Shown: in pieces, positions 1 through 6,794 of the stretch
How the letters are laid out: every line of letters begins with the position of its first letter
Numbering within the stretch: the stretch's first letter is position 1
The notes under the pieces: model-generated
What the model was told of the DNA's origin: nothing
Database searches by the model: none
What the model saw: the letters and a program-made list of their open reading frames with translations, nothing else
Made by a program: the position numbers and the translations under genes
From: an uncultured archaeon
GTDB taxonomy: Archaea > Altiarchaeota > Altiarchaeia > IMC4 > SCGC-AAA252-I15
DNA length: 25,834 nucleotides
Reading direction: 5' to 3'
Assembly: GCA_902384455.1 (NCBI GenBank)
Contig: CABMCB010000040.1
Coordinates: 1 to 25,834 of the forward strand

Positions 1-335
1 GTTATTCACGCACGTCCGCGAAATGGAAGCTATTATATCGGGTGCCTTTGGCGCCAGGGCGGGCCAGGCACGGCGCAACTTGCCAGGTGGCACCTAACCC
101 TTGGGAGAGCAGGCTCGTGGTTTGTAGGGCGCTGTGAGAGGATATTTGGGTCCGCTGGCCTTCCTTGTTACCGGAGGAGCCGTCTCCCAAGGAAGTATGG
201 CCAGAGCGCAATAGCAAATAATCGTCGACGGGTGCCGCGTAAATCGTCAAATTTGAAAATTAGTATCCCGGGCTCCTATGTTCAGGTAAGCCCAACTCGC
301 AATCATCATCAATGCTGCTGTCGACACGGGGTTCC

Positions 336-872
336 TCACAGTCCCAACGACCGAAGCAGTTCAGAATTCGGCTGTTCCGGTTCGCTGCACTCGCTCTCCC
401 AAGGCTCGATTGAATTCCTCACTTCGCCTGCCGTTTTGCTAGGGCAGCGAGTTGGTCGTAGCCGTTGGGTGGTTCCTGACCGGCATGGTTTGCCAGGTAA
501 CCGCTCACCATTTCCACGAACAACTTGCGTTGCCCTGTCGTGAAGTCGTAAGCCTGCGCCCGCTTCTCCGCAATCGGCCCGTGCTTGGCCAAAAGCATCT
601 TCTGCGCCTGGACGTGTCCTGAGTTCATAAGTCTCCCTCGAAAAACCTAACTGAGTCTTTGGTTTGGCCAGCTCTACCGCCCAAGCCGAAGTGATGCAGC
701 GGAACCCATCTTCAAATTCTACCATAATGCTGTTCAAAGCACCACGGGCAACAACGCGACATTTGTCGTGGTACCTGTAGACCGGGCGCCACCGCGAGCC
801 AACCCACCGCCAGATATGGTCGTAGATTACTGGCGGCTCTTGGGACCGAACAGCACTACTATCCACACCCAT
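336..872 (-). CDS. Hypothetical small phage protein, boundaries uncertain (protein-like core about 640-830)
   Basis: Internal part of ORF 336..1094; the segment CRVVARGALNSIMVEFEDGFRCITS reads like a small phage beta-barrel protein. The rest overlaps neighbouring ORFs. Confidence 0.35.
   Translation of the reverse strand: MGVDSSAVRSQEPPVIYDHIWRWVGSRWRPVYRYHDKCRVVARGALNSIMVEFEDGFRCITSAWAVELAKPKTQLGFSRETYELRTRPGAEDAFGQARADCGEAGAGLRLHDRATQVVRGNGERLPGKPCRSGTTQRLRPTRCPSKTAGEVRNSIEPWESECSEPEQPNSELLRSLGL
419..628 (-). CDS. Hypothetical protein (69 aa)
   Basis: ATG preceded by RBS GAGGGAG; same strand as the gene cluster. Confidence 0.6.
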   Translation of the reverse strand: MNSGHVQAQKMLLAKHGPIAEKRAQAYDFTTGQRKLFVEMVSGYLANHAGQEPPNGYDQLAALAKRQAK

Positions 873-907
873 AGTATCACCAGCGTCGCGCCAATGGCAC
901 GTTTCAT
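827..907 (-). CDS. Small membrane peptide (26 aa, MKRAIGATLVILWVWIVVLFGPKSRQ)
   Basis: Read by eye, below the ORF-track cutoff. ATGA overlap with the upstream stop; single hydrophobic helix. Confidence 0.45.
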   Translation of the reverse strand: MKRAIGATLVILWVWIVVLFGPKSRQ

Positions 908-1002
908 TTCCAAATCCACCCGCACTTACAGGCCACCGGCTTGTCCGGCGGGTCTGGCTTGCTGAGAGGCTTCTTGCACACTGGGCACTTCCGTTGCCAC
1001 AT
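904..1002 (-). CDS. Small zinc-ribbon protein (32 aa, MWQRKCPVCKKPLSKPDPPDKPVACKCGWIWK)
   Basis: GGAGG RBS 5 nt before ATG at 1002; CxxC...CxC motif. Confidence 0.6.
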   Translation of the reverse strand: MWQRKCPVCKKPLSKPDPPDKPVACKCGWIWK

Positions 1003-1168
1003 GGTTGCCTCCACGCAAGGTCCTGCCAGTGTTCCAACTCTTGCGCAACGGTCTGGCCGCCAAGATGATATCGCAAATCCCGCACGGTGAACAAAGTGTC
1101 CTTTGACAGGTGTGGCCAAATTCCTGGATACTGCGGATTTTTGCCAGCAAAATTCCAAGTTCATTCAT
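926..1168 (-). CDS. Cys-rich hypothetical protein, probable frameshift near 1055
   Basis: Start overlaps the upstream stop, with GGAGGA RBS; motif HxCxxxxCxxCxxC. The more protein-like continuation QTVAQELEHWQDLA is in the -1 frame. Confidence 0.45.
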   Translation of the reverse strand: MNELGILLAKIRSIQEFGHTCQRTLCSPCGICDIILAARPLRKSWNTGRTLRGGNHVATEVPSVQEASQQARPAGQAGGL

Positions 1169-1385
1169 ACGGTTCCTCCTCCCAATGGGCGACTAGACAA
1201 TTGAACCCGACGAAGATGTCCTTGCCCTCGCTGTCATGCCCTTTGTAGACGGCCGGCTCTTCGCCGCACAGGTCGCAAATGTCTGCCACCTTCTTGAGGA
1301 CAACTTGGTTTGCAAGGTACTTCCGTTGTGCTGCCGCGTGGCGGGCTTTCTTCGTGCGTTGAACGTATTGTCTCTTTTTAGCCAT
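1161..1385 (-). CDS. Hypothetical protein with basic N-terminus and putative Zn finger (74 aa)
   Basis: ATG at 1385 overlaps the end of the upstream gene; CDLC...CLVAH motif. Confidence 0.6.
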   Translation of the reverse strand: MAKKRQYVQRTKKARHAAAQRKYLANQVVLKKVADICDLCGEEPAVYKGHDSEGKDIFVGFNCLVAHWEEEPYE

Positions 1386-2213
1386 TGCCGAGTAACCTCC
1401 CAGTCCGGCCAGTGTTGCCTTTGCCGAAGGTGTTTGGTGACAGGTTGATTGCCTGTCCGGAGCGCGCACCACGACCGAACCCACGGTCGTCCCGTTCCTT
1501 AACTCGTCGTCCACCAGACGTCTTGCTTAGGTGGGCGTGCTTGATGTACTTCTTTAATTCCTCTTTTTCCTTGCCGAGATGGACTAGCGCCAATCCGTTG
1601 TTCGTGTCCTGCGCCCTCTTTTCATTTCAGCATAGCGGTCGTACAGGCGAAGGCACACAGCTTGACTAAACCCTTCGTACCAAGAGTCTTTCCATAACCG
1701 CATGGTCTTACGGAACTGGTTGACGTCCCAGTCTTGCCACGGTTGCAGTGAATGGATGTAGTCAAATTTGATTTGTCCCTCATCTTGACGGGCACAGGTT
1801 TCGACAAGGTCATCCGCCAGGCGCAACAGGTAGATGAAGAAGGCTTTGCAGTACTCCCGTTCCGACGTCCGGCCAACGAAGGCCACACCGTTGCCACCCT
1901 TGTTCGCCAACACACAGTGACAGGTGTTGACGTAGGCAAGTGCTTGCGCAAGCCGGACTTGCCACATGCGGCGGCTATCCCGGTACGGGAAGTCCGGGTC
2001 AGTCTGTCCGCACCATTGCCAACCAATCGGTTCGGTTTGCTGGCGCTCCTCAAAGGCCACGTCACTCTCACCGAGTTTGTACTCGTCCATAATGGCCTGA
2101 ATCTTTTCGGCGAATGCCTGGGCCTCGTGGATGCTGCCGATGGACCGACAGGACTGTTCGTGCGCCATTAACTTGCGGAGCCGTTCGAGAACTTCGCGGG
2201 GTGTTCCTGTCAT
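1378..2213 (-). pseudogene. DUF2786-like protein split by a 1-nt frameshift at about 1620 (sequencing error or decay)
   Basis: N-terminus VLERLRKLMA...HEAQAFAEKIQAIMDEYKL fits the DUF2786 pattern. The expected C-terminus (ALVHL...RGARSGQAINL...RLLG) is in ORF 1378..1593; one extra A in ATGAAAAGAGG joins the two. Confidence 0.75.
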
Positions 2214-2431
2214 AGTGCCTTCCTGGTCCAGCGCTGTGGTGGTTTGACTGGCACGGTCATTAGCCACGCCAGGGCCTTCTTTTCTTCTTCCAAGGCCACG
2301 AGGACTTTGTGGTACACATCATCGTAGTCGTGTTTGAGGTCTATTGAGTTGAGCCGGGTTTCTAGCTCTTGGATGTGCCGCCGACTTTGTTGCACAAGGC
2401 GGGCGTGGTTGCTTGGCGACATCGGTTTCAC
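2210..2431 (-). CDS. Hypothetical coiled-coil protein (73 aa)
   Basis: GTGA and ATGA overlaps with both neighbours; helical composition. Confidence 0.65.
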   Translation of the reverse strand: MKPMSPSNHARLVQQSRRHIQELETRLNSIDLKHDYDDVYHKVLVALEEEKKALAWLMTVPVKPPQRWTRKAL

Positions 2432-2738
2432 GCCGCCCTCCGTATTGCCAGGTAGCGGTCCGTGTATGGGAAGCCACGGAAGTCCTTGCCCTGCTTCAAC
2501 GTGTACCGGAGCAGCCCGCGGGTGAGTAGGGTGCGGTCAACCTTGGCAAGCCGCTGTGTGGTGGGTTGTTGGATACCACACCGGCGGGCAACATGGACTA
2601 GCCGCGTGTGTTCCGCAGCAGTGATTTTGCCGTAGTCGTTATTTACGACCGCGTTGAGGAGTTCCAGTTTGGAGTGTTCCATCAACAGGGCATTCCTAGG
2701 ATTTGTTTGACTTGCCTGAGTTTCAGTTCGTTTTTCAT
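2428..2738 (-). CDS. Hypothetical protein: either a frameshifted gene starting at 2738, or an 18-aa leader (2682..2738) coupled by TGATG to a gene at 2428..2682
   Basis: RBS GGGAG and ATG at 2738 lie just downstream of a promoter; the long open frame is shifted by -1 near 2694. Confidence 0.55.
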
Positions 2739-2758
2739 TTTGTTCTCCCAACGTGTCC

Positions 2759-2788
2759 AGTATGGGGGCAACCATCTCCTAGGCTCAA
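2759..2788 (-). promoter_or_regulatory. Sigma70-type promoter, copy 2
   Basis: TTGAGC-18 nt-CATACT on the minus strand, followed by RBS and ATG; near-identical in layout to the copy at 3345-3373. Confidence 0.65.
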
Positions 2789-2825
2789 TAGTACTTTGGG
2801 TACATTTTCTTCTGGTACCAAAGTC

Positions 2826-3086
2826 CTAGTACTCTTTGGGTTCCCAGAGTGCAACGCCCAGTTTGGTGAGCCACTCCCGGTCGCCTTTCGTCATGGTTGG
2901 TACCTGAACCGCTTGGAACTCAGCCGCGTGGCCATGATGTGTTTCGCCGTCGTCGAAGATGGCCACTAGGGCTAGGTTCTTTGCACTGGTGACCACCGCC
3001 CGGTCCACCACACCAAGTCGGCGGGTGGCCTTGGAGAAGCAGCGCATACCAACGAGGTGCGCGACGTTTGGCTGGACGAGGTTCAC
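2826..3086 (-). CDS. Hypothetical protein (86 aa)
   Basis: GTG overlaps the upstream stop, with RBS GAGGAAG; beta-rich composition. Confidence 0.6.
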   Translation of the reverse strand: MNLVQPNVAHLVGMRCFSKATRRLGVVDRAVVTSAKNLALVAIFDDGETHHGHAAEFQAVQVPTMTKGDREWLTKLGVALWEPKEY

Positions 3087-3323
3087 TGCGCTTCCTCACT
3101 TTCGATAACGCATTGGCGGTCGTCGTAAACGCACAGCAGGAGGTCCGTGGCGAGGTCCGTGGCGTTGTCTGTGCCGAAGCTGTAGGCTTCCCACAAGCTC
3201 TCACTAGCAAAGTCCAGCCATCCGCTAAACTTCAAAACGATGGCGCCAATCACGCACCCCGTGGCGCTGTCTTCCACGAAGGTAGTTGCCGGAGGTAACT
3301 TGCTGCGTTGCTTTGAGGTCCAT
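3083..3323 (-). CDS. Hypothetical protein, probable +1 frameshift near 3281
   Basis: RBS GGGAG and ATG at 3323 give MDLKATQQVTSGNY; removing one C continues into FVEDSATGCVIG...EEAQ, whose stop overlaps the next start. Confidence 0.5.
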
Positions 3324-3344
3324 GTGCTCTCCCTTACTGTCACA

Positions 3345-3373
3345 AGTATGGGGCAACCCCGATTCTAGAGCAA
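3345..3373 (-). promoter_or_regulatory. Sigma70-type promoter, copy 1
   Basis: TTGCTC-17 nt-CATACT on the minus strand at the head of the leftward cluster. Confidence 0.65.
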
Positions 3374-3417
3374 TAGTACTTTCCTCCCATTTTCTCATAG
3401 TACAAAAGTATTAGGAC

Positions 3418-3618
3418 TTGCGCGTGGTTACGTCTCCCATATTTGCTATGGCTCTTGCCTCCGCGCAGGCCGCATTGGCCACGGCCGGTGACACGGACCC
3501 ACATGCGTTCCCAGACGGACTAGAAATTGCTGCCGGGCAGCAAATCGGTCTCTCCCAAGTGTGCAACGTGACGACGGCAGGAATCGTCAGTGCAATCCTT
3601 ATCGGGTACGAATATTAA
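3418..3618 (+). CDS. Hypothetical protein or 5'-truncated gene remnant (66 aa)
   Basis: Protein-like C-terminus FPDGLEIAAG...VSAILIGYEY; no clear RBS and an in-frame TAG just upstream. Confidence 0.4.
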   Translation: MRVVTSPIFAMALASAQAALATAGDTDPHAFPDGLEIAAGQQIGLSQVCNVTTAGIVSAILIGYEY

Positions 3619-3621
3619 GGC

Positions 3622-3650
3622 TTGCAATTCATCCAGCCTTGTGGTACATT
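3622..3650 (+). promoter_or_regulatory. Sigma70-type promoter for the tmRNA precursor
   Basis: TTGCAA-17 nt-TACATT with an extended -10 TG; predicted start about 3657. Confidence 0.75.
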
Positions 3651-3656
3651 GACCTT

Positions 3657-4149
3657 GCTGGCGCACCCTACTTTCCGGGGCCTACGGGGCAATGCTTGGA
3701 GGCGTTTCCCGTAGCCTCTTTTCGCGCTAGCTGGTGGAGGCGCTGCGGGAAACCGTGGCACCCAAGATAACGCACGTAAACGGACAAGAGGCTCCATTTC
3801 GGACCGGGGTTCAACTCCCCGCAGGTCCACCGCTAGCACTTCGGGGCTTTTCTAGAAGTGCTCAACTGTGCGCACAGTGTGAAGTGCTAGCAGGTGGGCC
3901 TGACTTGGTTTCGACGGATTGGACGGCGTCTTGCAACCGCGTGCCGAGCAGCCTACCCGACGCAAGGGAAGGCAAACCAAGAATGCCAAACTGGCATCCA
4001 AGGTTGTCGAGTTCGTGAAGCGTACCGCGTCCATCTACACGGTGAATGCGACCATGCCTCACGCACTGGCGGCCTAAAGTAACCTCGGGTGGGGCGGGCG
4101 GGAGTTCGCCCCTGCCGAGACTTGTCACAGCGCCGTGTGTTGTACCAGC
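3657..4149 (+). ncRNA. ssrA: Circularly permuted (two-piece) tmRNA: acceptor piece about 3657-3831, intervening segment 3832-3895, coding piece 3896 to about 4149
   Basis: T-arm CGGGG-TTCAACT-CCCCG (3805-3821) and 3' acceptor strand CAGGTCC-A-CC (3822-3831) lie upstream of the 5' strand GGGCCTG (3896-3902), which is followed by GGTTTCGAC. The stem has the G3.U alanine determinant; helix 2 pairs GCGTGC with GCACGT and TCTTG with CAAGA; the tag frame ends GCA CTG GCG GCC TAA (ALAA, stop 4075-4077). Outer ends are estimates. Confidence 0.92.
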
Positions 4150-4177
4150 CCAAACCCACCAAGGATAGACACGACGA

Positions 4178-5200
4178 ATGTCCCAACACCCAAACGTACA
4201 TCATGCTTGGCAGGATTGGAGCAACGAGGAAACTCTGCACGTTGCTGTTGCTTATTCAAACCCTTTTAGATGGGAGACGCGCCGGCGCCTGCTGCACGAC
4301 TTCCGTCACCACATGAAGAACCAGCCGAACGTGAAGTTGTACGTCGGCGAGCTGGCCTACGGCAACCGGCCGTTTGAAGTCACCGGGGAGCACGCAGGCG
4401 ATGCCCAGTTCCGCACGGACTCAGAACTGTTCCACAAAGAAAACATCCTGAACAAAGTCATTGAGCGGTTCAATGGTGACTGGAAGTATGGCGCCTACGT
4501 GGATGCTGACTTCACTTTCACCCGGCACGACTGGGCGCTGGAAACCATCCACCAGCTCCAACACCACGATTTCGTCCAGCCATTCTCCACGTACACCAAC
4601 CTCACCGCGAAGGTCCTCGGTGGGTCACGGCCAGGCGGTGTCGCCCGCGGGTTCGCCGCAACCTATATCGAGAACGGGTACCAAGTCCCGCAGAACCCCA
4701 GTCATCGGGAGGGCGGTTGGCCAACCGGCGCCGGCATACCCTATGGGACCAAGTGGAATCCTCCCGGCGCAACTGGCGGCGCCTGGGCTTTCACCCGCGA
4801 CGCATTCAACACCGTTGGCGGCCTGATGGACCAGTGTATCCTTGGGCACGCGGATTGGTTTATGACCTTCGGCCTCGTTCAGGAAACAGTCCAGGGTATG
4901 CACGACAATCGTTATCACCCGGCCTACGCCAAACACATCTTGGCATGGCAGGACAAGGCCAAGCTCCTCAAGAAAAACATCGGCTACGTTGACCAGTATG
5001 CCGTACACCACTACCACGGCTCTTTGAAGAATCGCGGGTACGAGAGCCGCGACGGCATCCTGGTGAAGTATCAGTTTGACCCGGTCCACGACCTGCGGAC
5101 AAACTGGCAAGGCATCTACGAGTTGGCCGGAAACAAGCCTGGGCTCCGGGATGCTATCCGCCAGTACTTCAAGCACCGCAGCGAAGACAGCACGGAGTAG
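4178..5200 (+). CDS. Putative glycosyltransferase (GT-A fold-like, 340 aa)
   Basis: DxD motif YVDADF; HKENILN; GGAWAFTRDAFNTVGGLMD...GHAD; late HHYHG motif typical of GT2/GT7-like enzymes. Confidence 0.7.
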   Translation: MSQHPNVHHAWQDWSNEETLHVAVAYSNPFRWETRRRLLHDFRHHMKNQPNVKLYVGELAYGNRPFEVTGEHAGDAQFRTDSELFHKENILNKVIERFNGDWKYGAYVDADFTFTRHDWALETIHQLQHHDFVQPFSTYTNLTAKVLGGSRPGGVARGFAATYIENGYQVPQNPSHREGGWPTGAGIPYGTKWNPPGATGGAWAFTRDAFNTVGGLMDQCILGHADWFMTFGLVQETVQGMHDNRYHPAYAKHILAWQDKAKLLKKNIGYVDQYAVHHYHGSLKNRGYESRDGILVKYQFDPVHDLRTNWQGIYELAGNKPGLRDAIRQYFKHRSEDSTE

Positions 5201-5205
5201 AGCCC

Positions 5206-5516
5206 ATGCGAGACACCTATACGCTTTCACCGCTCCTGGTTGCACATACCCGCCCTTCATCTCTTTGAACGCAGTTGAGGATGGCGTTGAGTTCACAGTC
5301 CGCTCGCCGGCTACCAGTGACGGCAAGTGTGGGGATACCGCTACCATCAAGTTGTCCCGCGAGGAGATTTTCAGGTTGGTCCTCTCCCTGCACGTTGTTT
5401 ACGACCGGGAATTCAAGGACGTGCGGGAAGCGCTGGCCGGCTCGTATGCGTTGAGTGCCGAGGCTCTGTCTAAAATAAAAGAACCGGAAAAGAAACCCAT
5501 AACACCTGCTGGCTGA
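5206..5516 (+). CDS. Hypothetical protein, probable frameshift near 5216
   Basis: RBS GGAG and ATG at 5206 give MRDT; one extra C continues into LYAFTAPGCTYPPFISLN of ORF 5076..5516, which has no plausible start of its own. Confidence 0.55.
5493..5506 (+). promoter_or_regulatory. Recurrent motif AAACCCRTAACACC, copy 1
   Basis: AAACCCATAACACC ends 20 nt before the HNH start codon. Confidence 0.5.
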
Positions 5517-5526
5517 GGAGCGCATT

Positions 5527-5790
5527 GTGCGTAGATTTATTTACCGTGAGATTTTCTTTGCTCACAACGGACCAGGACCATACAACTGCCATTTCTGCGG
5601 ACTTGGCGTGTCGTTTGACGATGTGGCTGTTCACCATGAGGACGAGGATAAAGAAAATAATGACCCCGCGAATCTCAAGGCAGCTCACTTGGTTTGCCAT
5701 TCACGGCACCACATGAAAGACCCTAAAGAATTAGGACGCCTTGGTGGTTTGAAGAAGCGCGTAACACGCGAAGCAAGTTTCGCGGGGTAG
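5527..5790 (+). CDS. HNH endonuclease (87 aa)
   Basis: CHFC...VHHEDEDKENNDPANL...HLVCHSRHH; RBS GAGGAG; located upstream of terminase genes. Confidence 0.85.
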   Translation: MRRFIYREIFFAHNGPGPYNCHFCGLGVSFDDVAVHHEDEDKENNDPANLKAAHLVCHSRHHMKDPKELGRLGGLKKRVTREASFAG

Positions 5791-5854
5791 TTCAGCCAGG
5801 TAGAACGTCGGTCTCATACACCGAAGGTCGTGAGTTCAAATCTCACCCCCGCAA
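5781..5854 (+). tRNA. tRNA-Met(CAT), initiator-like, CCA not encoded
   Basis: Cloverleaf: acceptor CGCGGGG/CCCCGCA with C1xA72 mismatch, D arm GTTC/GAAC, anticodon arm TCGGT-CTCATAC-ACCGA, T arm GTGAG-TTCAAAT-CTCAC. Confidence 0.93.
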
Positions 5855-5966
5855 TTTATCGGTCGTGGATTTTGAAAGTCTACAGTCATTGGTCGCGGTA
5901 ATACGATTCCCTTTCTAATCTCCTATCTCATCCTTTCCAAATCAGGAAAGTCCTCCCTGCGTTAGT

Positions 5967-5980
5967 AAACCCGTAACACC
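5967..5980 (+). promoter_or_regulatory. Recurrent motif AAACCCRTAACACC, copy 2
   Basis: AAACCCGTAACACC ends 23 nt before ATG 6004, at the head of the packaging operon. Confidence 0.6.
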
Positions 5981-6003
5981 TCGGGGTTGCACCGGAGGTA
6001 TAT

Positions 6004-6171
6004 ATGTCCTACTTGATTGTTGCCGCCGTGTGTTTGCTCGCCGGGTTTGGTGTTGGGCGAGTCAAGAATGCCCAGAAGCTCGCCGCGGTCCGTGCGGAGC
6101 TGAATCAAATCGCGCTCGGCGTACAGGCCGAGGGTAAAGCTGTCGTCGCCAGCATCCGGGCGCTAATCTAA
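6004..6171 (+). CDS. Small membrane-anchored protein (55 aa, MSYLIVAAVCLLAGFGVGRVKNAQKLAAVRAELNQIALGVQAEGKAVVASIRALI)
   Basis: Read by eye; GGAGG RBS, N-terminal hydrophobic helix, stop just before the terS RBS. Confidence 0.75.
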   Translation: MSYLIVAAVCLLAGFGVGRVKNAQKLAAVRAELNQIALGVQAEGKAVVASIRALI

Positions 6172-6185
6172 TCGAGAGGTGTTTT

Positions 6186-6794
6186 ATGGCTGGCCGCCGG
6201 CCGAAGCCAATGGCTATACACCGTCTGAATGGGAACCCGCGCCACTTTTCCCAGGCGGAACTTAACGAGGATGACAATCCTCAACCTAAACTGATTGCCC
6301 CTGAGATGCCCAAAGGGCTGAACAAATGCGCCCGCCGAGAGTGGAAGCGCATTGTTCCCCTGCTCCAAGACATCGGTGTGCTATCTCAGATTGACGGCCG
6401 CGCCCTTGCCGCCTACTGCGATGCCGCCTCAATGGTGGAAGAAGCTACCAGAGAAATCCGGAAGCACGGCATGGTCTTCGTGACCAAGTTTGAAACCAAG
6501 GAAGGCGACTTGGTTGAAGGGGACATCAAAGCAAACCCCGCGGTGGCGATTAAGTCCACGTTCATGAAAGTGATGAAGTCATTCCTGATTGAGTTTGGGC
6601 TCACCCCCGCCTCGCGCCGGAACCTCAAGATTCAAAAGAAGGACCAAGGCGACGCCTTCGAGAGCTTCACTAGTGGACGACGCCCTGGCGGTTTGACTGA
6701 ATTCAAACCGCCTGAGCCAATCAGTGAGGCGGAGATGACGGACACCAGTGACATAGTTGTGGAAGAATCCAAATCTGGTGTGGACGACGAATAA
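6186..6794 (+). CDS. terS: Terminase small subunit, P27 family
   Basis: GRRPKP...L.GNP, ARREWKRI, D.RALAAYC, NPAV, EFGLTPASR motifs. Confidence 0.95.
   Translation: MAGRRPKPMAIHRLNGNPRHFSQAELNEDDNPQPKLIAPEMPKGLNKCARREWKRIVPLLQDIGVLSQIDGRALAAYCDAASMVEEATREIRKHGMVFVTKFETKEGDLVEGDIKANPAVAIKSTFMKVMKSFLIEFGLTPASRRNLKIQKKDQGDAFESFTSGRRPGGLTEFKPPEPISEAEMTDTSDIVVEESKSGVDDE

Noticed and set aside
253-282. Plus-strand promoter TTGAAA-18 nt-TATGTT
   Set aside because: No credible downstream plus-strand gene; an antisense role cannot be supported from sequence alone.
3780-3831. tmRNA 3' end as merely an attP/att remnant
   Set aside because: The matching 5' end, tag frame, promoter and a paired intervening hairpin are all present, and there is no integrase nearby in the window.
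3615-4240. Several short ORFs across the tmRNA locus
   Set aside because: No RBS or protein-like features; explained by the structured RNA.
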